Part shown: positions 51,038 through 64,000 of the stretch, piece by piece
How the letters are laid out: every line of letters starts with the position of its first letter
Position numbering within the stretch: the stretch's first letter is position 1
Source of the DNA: Rhodosorus marinus CCMP1338
Lineage: Eukaryota > Plantae > Rhodophyta
DNA length: 64,000 bases
Direction: 5' to 3'
Assembly (NCBI GenBank): GCA_029953675.1
Contig: JAMWBK010000006.1
Location: forward strand, 2,170,001-2,234,000
Position numbers and translations under genes: made by a program
The notes under the pieces: model-generated
Databases searched by the model: none
Told to the model about the DNA's origin: nothing
What the model saw: only the letters and a program-made list of their open reading frames with translations

Positions 51038-52475
51038 TCAAAAACCTCGGGGCCCGATGAGTCGCCTGACGGTGGACTCGGGGTTCTTTTGGTCGACGTC
51101 CATAAATGCCTTCTGGACTCCACTCGCGTTGCTTTGATCCATTGTGTTGGCGTAGTTCTTAAGCATCTTGTTGATTTTGACTCCAGTCATCGTATTTTCA
51201 GTCTCCGTAACAGTTGAAATGTCCTTGGAAATATCCTTCATAAGCTCGACGACGCCTGTTCGTCTCCTCCACCAATGAAGACCATCTCTTCAGTCTATGA
51301 CAGCGGGTTGGCGATCGCTCCCGCGACGTTATGAAGAGCCTCGATCTCCTGGAATGCAATTGCCGCCTTGCCAAACTGTGGGTAGGTCGCTGCTTTGCCC
51401 CTCAGCATCTCGAATTCAACTGTATACCTTTTCCTAAGAGCGTCTGCTTCAGCACGGCCGGTCATCAGGATGCGAACAGATTCCGCCTCTACGTATACAC
51501 GGAGAGATGCAGCGTCTTGCTCTCTTCAGATGGAGAACGTTTCCTTCAGCCAGCGCAAGGTTCTCCATTCGAATCCTCTCTTGCTTTGCCTCGCGCTCTA
51601 CGAACTTGACATTCTCCTCGGCCTCCCTTGTTGCTTGCTTGGTTTTTTTCGCTATGATCCGTTGGATAAGCACTTTCTTCGTTGGCTGCCTCGCCCTCAG
51701 TTCCACTTCTTCAGCAGCGCCAATTTCCTGTTTTATGGCTGCTTAAGTCTAGCTTACACCGTGCCTGGATTCCACCTTCTCCGCCTTGTCAATCTCTACA
51801 GTGGCCTCCAGGTCATAATCAGCTGACAGTTTAGCTGCCTCAGCCGTATTCTTTGCTTTGGCCACTTCAGTGTCGCGCTTGACAATCTGGGTTTTCATGA
51901 CGGCAAGAGCCTCAAGGTAGCCTTCACTTGCGCGGGATATGCGAGATAGTGTTGAGGGGGCAATCTCTGGACCCATATTGCTCATATCCTCGGTGGCTAC
52001 CCGCTGGACAGACTCTGAAAATGCACAGCGATCGCGACAAAATTCCTCTTCGGAAAGCGTCCGTAGAATTGCCCTCTGATGTCCTTCCATAGTCTGGCAA
52101 ATGGAATTGTCAATTTCTTCCTCCGGCGCATCGAGAAAGTGCTGAGCAACAAGTCTAACAGCCTTCCCGTCTCTTACGAGAGAGCCATCTACCTCTGCGT
52201 ATTCTGATAATTTCACTTGATAAACGCCAATGATGTTCACGGACACTCCTTTGACCGTCATGGACTGGTTGGACTCTACGTAAACCGTTCGCAGTTTCAG
52301 GGACAGCAGGTCACATCTCTGCAGAAAAGGCCAGACAACAGCACTTCCTCAGACGAGGATCCTTGCATCCTTTTGACCAATGTTTCAGTGTTCTGCCGGA
52401 AATGTTCATGGCTTTATTCGGCCCGCAGTAAACCCGTTTCTTTTGCAACCGCAGTAAACCCGTTTCTTTTGCAGT
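51038..52475 (-). pseudogene. Flotillin (SPFH) pseudogene, apparently intronless
   Basis: CGPNKAMNISG, GSAVVWPFLQ..LLSL, MEGHQRAILRTLSEEE..RDR..FSE.V..VA..DM.NMG and a C-terminal TGV.I are present. It is disrupted by TGA 52349-52351, TAG 51749-51751, TAG 51295-51297 and frameshifts, with no ATG at the expected start. Confidence 0.85.
52423..52473 (+). repeat. 26-bp tandem duplication across the flotillin start region
   Basis: ccgcagtaaacccgtttcttttgca at 52423 and 52449. Confidence 0.9.
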
Positions 52476-53484
52476 TTCTCTAATACGAACTGCACTCGAG
52501 CTCCTGAACTTGTTCGACAACCGCTCCTTCGCCAAAAAAAAAAAGTTCTCCAAGCTTCCTTGAGATGGCCTCTAATCCGTATTCTCAAAACATCAGCATC
52601 AATACCTTCGTGATCTGCTTGACTAGCCTCCCGCCTCCACTGATGGGTCATCAAGGTCTTCGCATGGGATCCATTGGTAAGCGTTTCCAATCTCAGGTCA
52701 GGAACGAAAAAGAACAAAAACAATTTATTTTTACATGGGTAAACCCGAAACGATACCTGCCGGAATGGAAACTGCAATACAATTACTATTATTTAAATAG
52801 AACGAAGACAATTTAAAGTAATAAAATCCTCTGGTTCCTGAATTTATTCAGAACGTTGGTTGTTTATGATCTATTTTATTTCACTATTCAACCACTAAAC
52901 CGGAATAACAATATTATTATTATTTATTTCCATCAGTTAATATATAGATATAATATTTGATTCGTCAAGGACTTTACCTTTCAAGTGGTCGTAAATAAGT
53001 TCCAATAAACACTTTTCATCTTTTGTCCAAAACTTGTCAGGGATCAACGATTTAATTGGTTGGGCACCGGTGGCTGCTTTTTTTTTGTAATGAATAAGAT
53101 AATTATTCTAAAACATTATTAATGAACTTCTTTGTAAGGAAATAAAAACCCCCCCTCCTGAACTTTCGATGTCAAATGACTGACGTAATTTTCGCTAATT
53201 TTATTACCGTTTCTTGTTCTCTAATTGAACAAAATTTTAGCTTTTAAAACGACATTCGAAAAAAATCTGTCGCTCATATTTTCGATTGTTGTTAATACTT
53301 TCAGGGAATTGAGCTGCTACCCTCAACCTTCAAACCCAAATTTGAGTGCTCAAAAGCAGCGAGCACTGTCAGAAAGTGGTTGTCGCGGCTTCTAACGACA
53401 TGAAGAAATCCAATGTATTTTCTCAAAAACTTCATGGTTTCTTTGATACGAAACTAGGACAAAAACATTAGATGCGGATTGGTA

Positions 53485-53585
53485 ATCGGTCTAAACGGAA
53501 TGAATTCAAGGATTCTTGCTAGAAGGAGGATTGGGTTATCGGTCTAAACGGAATGAATTCAAGGATTCTTGCTAGAAGGAGGATT
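53485..53585 (+). repeat. 53-bp-period tandem duplication (2 copies)
   Basis: atcggtctaaacggaatgaattcaaggattcttgctagaaggaggatt at 53485 and 53538. Confidence 0.92.
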
Positions 53586-54447
53586 TTTAGAAGAAGAATA
53601 TATGTATTTTAGAAATAAATAGCAATGCTGACAGTTGGATATACATATCTGAGCACCTGCGTTGAGGTTCGGAGACTTTGGGTCAGCAGGTTTCCCGGTT
53701 GAGAATCAGGATGTGGACTTACAGATGGGTGCTTCTCTTGAATCCGCTGAGAGTATTGGTTTTTGTTTGTTTTCGGGGTCAAGGGGAGTTTGACGCTCTT
53801 GTGGAAAACCCCCACATGCATTGTGTCAAGCAGCTGTCGAGAGGTGAAGGAAGATTAGGGTTGGTCGCCTCAGCCAAGGAATATTTCCCTTTTCTTTTCA
53901 GTTCAGATCTTGCACGGAGGCGGACAAGGCTTTCTAAGCGATAGGTCTGGGTTCTGGCATTCCATCATTCATCTCCAAGTACAGGCTTTCCACTTCGCTA
54001 TGGGCAAATCTAAAGTTTTTCAAACAACATCGCATGATCGAATGTATTTTATGTATACACGTTGGTTGTCGCGTCGTGCGCAATGTGAAACACCCCCTAA
54101 ATCTTGTTAACGCAGCCACCTTGTTCCATGGCGTGCTTCGAGTTTTGATTCGAGTTCTATCACTAGCATCTGCGCTCCACTGACTTAGCTACTCAGAACG
54201 TTTTGGATTCGACTTTTCCCGCTGCCTGTGTCAATCTTTGATTTGAATTGCGGCGGAAATCCAACTGTGCTGATATCAGGATTCTACTCTTCCCGAACAC
54301 GGTAAGCACACTGAGCAGCCTTTTCCGCAGAGGATCCAATGCGCAATCCAACCGGAAGCTTGAGCGCAGGGAGCTTTCACCAATCCGTTCGCACGCAAAA
54401 GCATAGACAAATCTTGCGTGCACAATCCCCAGGATACGCTCAGCTCT

Positions 54448-56223
54448 TCACACCAAATCTGCGACGTTCATCGGCATCTCATCAATTTGTGTCGAATAAA
54501 ACTGCTCAATATCATGCAAGTTCGGAAGGTCATCATCTGCAACAAAGTTAATGGCAACTCCCTTGCGTCCAAATCGTCCCGAGCGACCTATTCTGTGAAT
54601 GTAGTTTTCACGATTGTCTGGCAGGTCGTAGTTGATCACCAAGGAGACCTGCGCAAGTATACTGTCATTAGCAAAATCCTTCCATTTCCTCATTCTCATC
54701 GTTTCGATTGTCCCCTCACCTGCTGAACGTCCAATCCACGAGCCCAAACGTCGGTGGCGATCAACACTCGTGAAGTCCCGCTCCTAAATTCGCTCATGAT
54801 TTCGTCTCTCTCTTTTTGTTCCATATCTCCGTGCATCGACGATACTGTGAAATTGGCGTCTTTGAGCTTTGTCGCGAGCCACTCTACCTTTCTTTTCGTG
54901 TTACAAAACACGACCTGAAGTGCCATGCGAAGGTGTCCCACATGTTCAGAGAGCTCCTCTAATCGCTTCGATTTGGTTCGAATGCATTGCTTCATACCGC
55001 TTGGGTAATCGTTAGCGTCTCGTACAAGTCACACAGAGTATCAAACTTCCAATCCTCCTTTTGCACAGCTACGAAAAACTGCTTAATCCCCTCGAGCGTG
55101 AGCTCATCACGCTTCACTAAAATTCGGACAGGATCAGTCATGAACTTGTTCGTAATCTCCAGCAAATCAGATGGCATGGTAGCGGAGACAAGAACGACCT
55201 ATATTTCGTGGGGGCCAAGGGACTATTGTAATCAGCCATCTATTGGCCACTTCAGTTAGGAGAAAGACGCCCTATCCAGCGCTTCCTCCGCTGCGATATG
55301 CGATGTTTGATGTCCCGGCAGTATGCTTACCTGAATCCCAGGTGGGAGATACCTATAAATGTCGTAAATTTGTTCCTTAAAACCTCGGCTGAGCATCTCG
55401 TCGGCTTCATCCAGGATGAAGAGCTTGACGGATTTGGTTCTCAAGTTTCCCCTTTTTATCATGTCGAAAACACGTCCAGGTGTACCAGAAACAGCATGCA
55501 CCTGTCGACAAGAACCATAATTGGATTCGCAGCACGAAAAGAAAGTCACTACCCTGCGCTTCTGGGCAAGCTACAAACAGATCAACTCCATCCACTACAT
55601 ACAGTTTGAAGTGTCCACGCTTACCCCACTGTCTAGTCGTCTAATGTCCTCGCCTATGCTCTTCCCACCAATACATGAATGGCACTGTACGCTCATATAC
55701 TCTCCTAGGGACATCATCGTCTTCTGAGTCTGGACAGCCAGTTCCCTCGTTGGGGAGAGGATCAAAGCTTGAACCTAAAGTTCCCGAATAACCGACCTTA
55801 AGAGGATTGTACTGTATCGCGCAACAAGCGAAATGCTCCCGTTGATTACGTACCTCACGCGCTTTTGTGTTGATACGCTGGAGACTAACGAGCGACATCA
55901 TAGCTGTCTTTCCTGTTCCTGATTGCGCCTGGGCTATGACGTCTCTTCCTTTGACAATCGGGGCCACTGCCCTTTGCTGAATCGCAGACGGTTTCTCAAA
56001 TCCTGCGAAGCAAATCGACGGCCTAAGCTCCAGCTACGCTTCAAAAATGGCTTTATTGAAAGGTAATATGCTTACCATACGCATACAATCCCCGAAGGAG
56101 CTCATCTTTCAAGTGCATCTTGTCAAAACTCACAACTGGTCGAACCTGACTGCTCGTCTCAAAATTCGTCCTATCCTCAAACCCTCGCCCACCTCGGCGA
56201 TCACGACCTCCCCTCCTCGCCAT
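54448..56223 (-). CDS. EIF4A3: DEAD-box helicase eIF4A-III (exon junction complex core), 7 exons
   Basis: [27 protein letters not shown] and [13 protein letters not shown], plus eIF4A-III-type [19 protein letters not shown] and [25 protein letters not shown]-rich N-terminus [14 protein letters not shown]. Confidence 0.95.
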
Positions 56224-56664
56224 TATACTCCCACCCAGCTCTTCTCAAAACCACACTCAATTCACACAAACGCACAACCCCACAAACGTTGATGCCGCTC
56301 AATACCCTACAGATTCCCCCTTCACACCCATTTCCTCCTCGACCTTACCTACAGCCGGGGTTCAGCGATACAATCCCCCACCAAAAAAAAGGTTTATTTT
56401 CACGTAGTTAAGTTTTAGGCTGAGCGAATATCTCAGTCCTTTGGTCGCGCGCAAATCTTCAGCCCTCCTCTTAACCTCATCGCTAGTTTCCAGCAACACC
56501 CATCATAAAACCTTCCTCCTCCAAATTCCGCCCCCGTTTTCCTTCCGCCCCCGTTTTCCGTCCGCACCGTCAGTACCGTCAGTACCAATTGGTGTTTTTT
56601 TTTATTAGAACAGCACATTAAGAGACAATAAACGGCAATGGAAATAGCACGGAAGATAGACCAT

Positions 56665-57097
56665 TAGTACAAATAGTACAAAATATGTTTTTAGTTTTTC
56701 TAAAGTACTATATGTACTAGACGGGATTGTAAAGCTGAAGTGGGATTAGTACCGAGCAACGTATTTTAATTTTGCAAATAATATTTCTACCAGGTGACGC
56801 CGTTGTGTACTAAATGACAAACTACTTCTGCGGAGTGCAAGGCGGCACGAAACCACTACTATTCGAAGGTAATCCAATTAAAATCCTTATCGGGTGTATA
56901 AATATTTGTTAACTATTTTAATTGGTTAATAATGAAACTAGATATCCATTCATTTATTCTACTTAAGGCGTCAAGGCTGTTCACCGCCAATAGCTCTTTG
57001 CAGATGTCGCGATTAACCAAATATTTTACATATTTAAAGTAAAATAGGAAACCCAAACCCCCCTTGGCCATTTGACAGTACGATAGTAGTTGTACTA
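56665..57097. promoter_or_regulatory. Cluster of TGTACTA/TAGTACA motifs in the divergent eIF4A-III/Sec7 spacer
   Basis: Exact heptamers at 56665, 56674, 56713, 56806 and 57091; hexamer variants at 56705 and 56747. Function is inferred. Confidence 0.4.
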
Positions 57098-57637
57098 GCG
57101 ATCGAATTATAGATCGAATTAACGTACGGCACGTGTCCATGAAAGATTCCAACCATTTTCGATATGACGCTTATTTATTTCTGACGTTCATAACTGGAAA
57201 GTTTTTGTCCCGGGGGATAGATTTATGCGAATACCCTATTCCTGTTTTAAGGTCTTTTAGGGATCTTGGATTAGGACTCCAAGAACTCTCTTTAGGGGTG
57301 CATACTCCTGTACTATTTGTTTTTGTATTTTATTTGTCGTTAGAGAGTCTTTGAGGAGCTTCATGTTTATGCGTTTCGCGAGTAGACCGTGAGTGAGGAG
57401 CGAGATTGCAGTAGGAGGGGAAGGGGCAGGTTGTATGAGGTTTGGGCGATGCGCAAGGGCTTTTGTATCCTGTTTGGTTGTATAGTGGGTGAACGTGATG
57501 AAGACATGGGGCTTTTAGGAAGTGCAGATACCGCTGGAATTGGAATCTGACTCGAGAGAATGGGGGGGGGGTTTACGTTGTTAACAGACGTACGGTTTGC
57601 TTTTTAAGTGCTATTTTGTGTTTTTCTTATGCTAAGC

Positions 57638-60600
57638 ATGGAGCAAGAGGCTGACACCGAATTCCAGGCTGTTGAGGATGAAATTGCGCCAATCATCGAG
57701 GGCGTTGAAAACCTGGATATTTCCCCGGCGGAAAAGGAGTTTCGCGATGTCCTCATACGATGTGTAAATAAGGTTGCAGGTATCTCGCTCGGGAAAAGAT
57801 TCAAGGACTTGCAGCTTGCAGCCAAGGATCTCAGAGATGTTTTGAGGGATAAGCAAAGGTTTGATATCGAGGTCATACGAAACTTGGTACTAATTATTCT
57901 GAGGGAGGGATGCAACAGTGGGAAACCCAGCACAATAGAGCAATGCATCGATTTCATAAATCGACTGATCGAGCACGGGTATATTGGAGGGAGCAGCGCA
58001 CCGAACTATCGAATCGATAATTCACTCGAGAGGACAACTGAGATCGTCAACTTGGTTTGCTCGGGAATGAAGACCCAGGAGGATTCTGTCTATCTTAGGG
58101 TTCTGCAGGCACTGTTGAGTCTTGTGAAGACTTCTGACAGTGGTGTGCATGGAAATGCGATGTTGACTTCGATCCGAACTGTATATAGCGTTTACATCAA
58201 TGCCCAAATGGAATCAGTTAGAACCTCTGCTCGCGCATCGCTGGATCAGGTGATGGAGGTGGTGTTCGGCAACCTGGAGAAGGATCTGGCTGTCCCTGAA
58301 CCCAACCCCGAGGAAGTGAGCGTTTCCGTGAAGCAGGGCGATCAAGAAAATGCGGAAAACGATTCGTTCTTTGTGAAAGACGCTTATTTGCTGTTCCGAG
58401 CGCTCTCGCGGCTAGCGAGTACAGAGGACGACGCTTCATCTTCTTCTTCATCGAACAATACGAAGTCCAAACTCCTGGCGCTTGATCTACTTCTCCAAAT
58501 CGTGAAGCGCTATCGAGCGGTCTTGGGCGGAAACGATAGGTAGGCAAAGAAAGGCAATGTGCAAGAGGAAAAGCACAGCGAAGTGCATTGTGGTCTAGAA
58601 ATCTCAAGCGTTTGTCAAACGCTGTTTTCGATTTGTTTAGGTTCGTCCATGCTTTGCGCCACCATTTGGCACCAGTGCTTGTCCACAATGGAATGTCTAT
58701 ATACATGTCAGTGTCGAGCGCGGCCCTGAGCATCGTCGATGTTTTGATCGCGGAGCCTTCGCTGAGGCCAGTCCTCAAGTACGAAATCGGCACGATCCTG
58801 GATACCGTGGTGATTCGCTATATCAACAGCCCTTCAGTTTCTGTTCCTAGAAAGCGGCGCTCACTGGTAGGAGAAGGCCAGGAAGCGAAAGTACTACAAC
58901 GACCTGTACAGTCTCATATACCTAATACCATGCTGATGCCCTCTAGGAAACCGTGAGAAAGCTGTTCGCGAGCCAGAAGGCCTTCGTAGAACTGTTCGTT
59001 AATTATGATTGCGACTATCATGAGCAGAGTATCTACGAGAGCACAATGAAGCAGCTGTGCAGCGTTCTTGACACGTCGCAGAAGAGTGATGTCCGAACCC
59101 CGGGTTCCACGGAGAGTGACGAGCAGAAGGAGGCTGCAGCTGCTGCAGCTACCGGCAACGTGCTTCTTATACTTGAGACCCTTGATACGATTGCGACTGC
59201 TATGAAGTCGATGAGGTACGTAGGCTTCTGTTCTACTTTGAACCCCCTCAAAATCAAAATTTTCGTGCTGAACACGAAATGAAATCTTCAGGGAGTGGAG
59301 CGAGCCGCTTGAGAGCAATGATGGGGACTCCTCCGACAAAGGTGCAGAATCAAGATACGGTTCTGTTGATAGCAGGGATGTCATGGTAGGCTTACACGTC
59401 CCCGGTCTCGAGTGCTATTGAGTGCTCTGGCTCTGCTTGGTACAACGCTCCCTACTGCGACTACTAACGGGTGCGTTGCTCGTGCTTTGCAGAAGAGCTC
59501 GGAGAAGCTGCATATAAAGACCTTCGATAAAGGAGACGAGCGAGAGGCTGAGCACTTTGAAAGCGCGCAAGAGCGGAAACGACAAGTGGGAGAGGCAGTT
59601 GCCCTATTCAACAAGAAACCGACCAAGGGTGTCCAGTTGTTGATCAGTAGGGTTTTGATGAATGATGAGCCGGAGATGGTGGCCAAGTTCTTGACATCTT
59701 TGACGGGGCTTGATGCAACCGCGATTGGGGAGTATTTTGGTGAAGGGGATCCCTTCGCCGTGTCCGTAATGGCCGCGTACACCGATTTACATGATTTCAG
59801 CGGTGTTCTGTTTGACGACGGGATTAGGCAGTATCTGTCGAAGTTTCGGCTGCCAGGGGAAGCACAGAAAATCGACAGAATCATGGAGAAGTACGCGAGT
59901 CGGTACTGCGAGTGCAACCCAATGACGTTTGCCAGTGCTGATACAGCTTACGTGCTAGCGTATTCGGTCATCATGCTTAATACCGACGCGCACAATCCTC
60001 AAGTGAAGAACAAGATGAGCAAAGAAGCGTTTATTCGGAACAACAGAGGAATTAACGACGGAGAAGATTTGGAGACCGCGATGTTGGAAGAGCTGTATGA
60101 CAGAATTGTTGGCAATGAGATCAAGCTCTCTGGAACCGCAAAGGACAAGAAGAGCGACGAAGCACTCCAGGCTGCATTGGAGAAGTCCGACGTGAAGCTG
60201 TCTTCCGAGAGGACGAAGCTTTTCAAGGCAGAATCCGAGCTGCTATTGCAGCGCACGAAAGTTGAATTCCAGAAGAGGAAGGTCTCTCCCCAGAGCTACG
60301 ACTACTACAGAGCACGGAACATTCACCTCGCTCGGCTCATGTTCAACGTGAGCTGGGAACCTGTTCTAGCAGTTGCCTCGCGGCACTTGAGTGACGCCCA
60401 AGCTTCTGACGGGAAGCAAATCAACACGTGCATTCAAATCTTCCAGGACAGCATCACGATTGCTGTTACGTTTGGAATGGACACTGAGTGTCTTCGCTTT
60501 GTGGAGGAGCTCATGGATGTCCAGAAAAGGGATGTTCGAGTCTCTGCGAAGCATGTTCAGTGCATGAAGACCGTGGTGAATGTGATTACCTACGAGGGCG

Positions 60601-63600
60601 AGTCTCTACAGGAGCTCTATGTTTCAATTGTCAAGTCCGCGAGCATGATTGAGCTTATTCGAGCCCTGGGAACGGGTGACAAAAGTTGCTTCCTCCGTGA
60701 CTCCAAGGCAATCCTTCCAAACAGAAATGGAGAAAATGGATCTTCGTCTGAGCCCTCAAGCACACCGAGCAATGCGTCTGAATCTGAAGGAACTGCTCAG
60801 CAAACGGCGCAAGAGGGGACGAGTAGAGCAAACAGTGGCAAGAAAGTTATAAGCGTAAAAGCGGTGGAGGCGGTCGCCGAAGTCCCCCCAGCTCTTACGA
60901 AGAGGCTATTTGAAAACACTTCCGGCCGGTCTCTTGCTGGTAGCGTGGACACCACCTCGCTGATCGAAGCTGTCAACCCTAGCTGATTTGCTCTTTGTTT
61001 CTATCCTAGGGCTCGTTTGCCTGTGCGGAGCGCTTGCGGACGTCGCCATTGAAGAAATGCAAGAAGATGAACCACGGTCTTTCTCGCTGCAAAAGATTGT
61101 TGACATAACAAACCAAAACATGTATTCACGTACGCGATATCAGTGGACGAAGATATGGGAAAAGCTAGGAAAGTTTTTCGAGAACGCGATAGGTATTGAT
61201 CAACTACAACGCGGATGTTACCTCGTTTTCTCAGCCATCATCAACGACTCGCATGCCTGAACCGTTTCCTCTTCATCTTTTATCCGACATTCCCACCAGG
61301 TCACAAGAACAGAATCGTTTCGTTATACGCTTGTGAGGTATTAGCAAACCTGGCCTCCAAGTTTCTCGAGCAGGATGAGCTTAGCAATTACACCTTTCAG
61401 AAGTCGTTCATGAGTCCGTTCGAAAAGGCCTTCGCTTCGTCAACCATGAGCGATACCAGAGTGCAGATTCTAAACTGTATGCAAAGACTCGTTCAGTCAG
61501 ATTCTGCGAATATCAAATCAGGTTGGAAGTAAGCATGCAATCGAACCAGCGACTTTTCGCGGACACAGAGCTCTCGCTAGCGCTCGTGCTGAAGTAGTCC
61601 ACAAATGTCGATCGTCTTTTGATAGGTCCGTTTTTCATGTACTATCCGACTGTGCTGAGACGCAGTCTGAGGAACTCGTTGGAATGGGCTTCGGCATTTT
61701 AGAGAAAGTTTTTGAAACATGCGTTGGGGTCCTGGACGATGTTTTCATTGTGTCTATAGGAGGAATCGGTACGAGGAAGGCTTGGAAACGAACTCTTTTG
61801 TTCTTACGCTGACGCTTTACTTTGTCGCAACAATCTCCGTTAGTGTCATATATCAACAATCCGACGGACACTGATATTGCTCGTCGCGGCGTCCAACTAC
61901 TAAGCGAGGTCTGCCCCCGAATGATAGCTGAAGGCAAAGCTATGAGCAGCGTTTATCCAGTCACCGTGGAGGATGAAGATCAACCAGTGTTTACTGATGC
62001 GAACGAGGCTCACAACTCCGCCTGGTTTCCGGTGCTGCTTGGGCTTTCCGTCAATGTGAAGAGCATCTGGCCTGAAATAGTCTCGGAGGCCCTACAGGGC
62101 TTGTTTTCGGTGAGTAAATTCTTTCTCGTGTTTTCTACCTCAGCCGTACGAGAGCAACCCCGGAGTCTATCCACTCATAGGGGGTCGAGGGAAAGGGCGA
62201 AGATTCTTATTCGTGAGCTACGGTCGTCAATTTGCCTGCAGATTTTGGAGGAGTACGGTGGAAGCTTTACTCCGGGCTTGTGGACGCTGATCTTCCGAGG
62301 TGTGCTTACCCCAATCTTTGATGACGTGAAGCTCCTAACTCAGGGGTCTCGGGACGTTAGAGAAGGTGAGTTTATCCCGCGTCCAGCAGAAAAATGTTGG
62401 CCGGTGAACACTGATAACTGAGTTCACATGTGATATTCGTAATGTAGAACGGCAGCTAGAGCCCGTCGCTAGGTGGGCTGCTGGGACTGGGAAAGAGGCC
62501 CTCATGAGTCTCTGCAAGGTCGTTCTCAAACATTTTTCTAGGACGAGGCATATTTTCAAGGACTGCCTTTCAATTATTTTCAGCTGGGCGACGGGGGAAA
62601 GCGAGTCTCTAAACAAGGATGGAATGGAAGCGGTACGACTTGTTGCGATGGAAGGTAAGGTATCTAACTAGGAGCTTCATCACAACCATTGAGTGCTCAC
62701 GGCGAGGACAAATCTTGATTAGGTGGAAAGCTTTTTAAAGCGCAGGAGTGGGACGAGCTGGTTCAATCGCTTTCTCTTGCGTTCAACGAGACGATACCAT
62801 ATGATCTTCTGCGGCCGCCAGCGGAGTTATTCTCCGCCAAAACTCCGCCCATTGATCTTGAGAGCTTGACCACAGCTCCTGCTGCACTAGCTGGTGAGCG
62901 TCCTGACGCTCCAGAAGTCCAACCCGCGGAGGAGCAAGCCCGTGAAGTCATTGTGCCACCTATTCAAATTGATGGTGGTCTCGAAACCGACAGTGAGACT
63001 TTCGACGATCCTGGCGAGCAGGAGCCCCAGGAGTCAACCTCGATGGAAAAGGATGTTCCGCCAAAGTCAGTGGCAGGGAAACAAGCCTTTCGAGTTGTCA
63101 GAGGAAAATGCGTTGCGCAACTGGACCTTATCTCGCTTGTTCAAGACATGGTTGATGAATTTTATATGAAGCTGACGACGCAGCAGATTCTTGCTCTCGT
63201 GGAGCAGATTTGGAAAAGCTACGAATTCGCCCATAAATTCAACGCAAGCGTCGAGCAGCGATTCGCTCTTTGGCGGACTGGTTTCATGAATCAGGTAAGC
63301 ACAAATCAACGCAGTTTTAGAAACGACCCTACTCCGCTGATCGGCTTGCGTTTCCTAAACAACGCTCTGTTGATACTGGCAGGTCCCGAACTTAATCAAG
63401 CAAGAGACGAATGGAATGCTGGCCTCGTTGAGAATCTTGATGTGGCTTTACGCTGATTCCTACAAGGATCCCAAGGCGAAGGAGCTAGTTTCTGTCAGGC
63501 TGACGTCGCTGTTCGAGGAGCGTCTTGGGTATGTTTTCGAAATTTGATGTTGTTGATTATTTCCTCGGAGTAGCTAGATCTAACCACAGTTGCATGGATC

Positions 63601-63889
63601 TCGACTGTCCAGTGCTTTCGTTGAGCTGTCCTCAACAAGCCCTTCGGAAGGGGAGGACCATCGCGAGCTCCTCGCATTGACACCTGTAGTTCTGTTCATA
63701 CTGAGCTGTTTCGAACGGCTACCTGAAGCTGAGTTCGCCAGCCTGTGTGAAAGGTTCTACAATATTTTCTTCGACTTGATGGATACGGATGTCAGAGAAG
63801 TGAGAGCCGCTGCCGTGAACCTGGTTCGAATTCGATTATCCGTTTTGCATGGGTATGCGTCGCTGATTAGTGAACCTTCAGATCCCTAG
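57638..63889 (+). CDS. SEC7: Large Sec7-domain ARF-GEF of the BIG/Sec7 family (DCB, HUS, Sec7, HDS domains), multi-exon, complete
   Basis: DCB ...RVLQALLSLV, HUS LFVNYDCD, Sec7 FNKKPTKGV...FRLPGEAQKIDRIMEKYA...DTAYVLAYSVIMLNTDAHNPQVK, HDS FSLQKIV, Y.FQK.FM.PF and IKSGWK. Stop at 63887-63889. Confidence 0.95.
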
Positions 63890-64000
63890 GCGTCGCACTG
63901 ACACTGTCCTGTGTTCCATGTTTGAAAACGAAAAAGATACCCCACGGAGGGCAAGCAGAGCTACATTCCGCGCTCGCTGTTGCCCAAGACCATAAAGGAG

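Noticed and set aside
52349-52351. In-frame TGA in flotillin as selenocysteine or recoding
   Set aside because: It replaces a conserved Gly rather than a Cys and is accompanied by TAG stops and frameshifts, which indicates decay.
1-64000. rRNA, tRNA, snRNA genes and transposable elements
   Set aside because: No recognisable conserved RNA motifs, terminal repeats, or RT/transposase frames found by eye. A covariance-model search (Infernal/tRNAscan-SE) is needed to exclude small RNAs.

Overview
Compact, intron-rich eukaryotic nuclear DNA, most likely from a red alga. This is inferred from plastid transit peptides starting MAFV / M..GFV, GT-AG introns of about 65-135 nt with CTAAC/CTGAC branch points, and AT-rich spacers; no database check was possible. 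Recognisable genes, in order: a CCCH zinc-finger protein, an F-box protein, EB1, a spliced GNAT + VOC/glyoxalase fusion, DNAJC11, a stand-alone DUF442/Blh-like CX5R protein, a PRT6/UBR1 E3 ligase, ZMAT2/Snu23, a plastid PspA/VIPP1-family protein, a coiled-coil protein, an intronless bacterial-type CxxC protein, a helical-domain + RING protein, plastid glutamine synthetase II, a chlorophyllase-like hydrolase, a DnaJ-type zinc-finger-only protein, mitochondrial aspartate aminotransferase, a flotillin pseudogene, eIF4A-III and a complete Sec7/BIG ArfGEF. I also found four short, near-perfect tandem duplications, a decayed glutamine synthetase fragment and clusters of a TGTACTA/TAGTACA motif in two divergent promoters. 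I found no rRNA, tRNA, CRISPR array or recognisable transposon. The most interesting candidates are the plastid-targeted GNAT-VOC fusion and the bacterial-like genes. Exon boundaries were deduced by eye and need RNA-seq confirmation.
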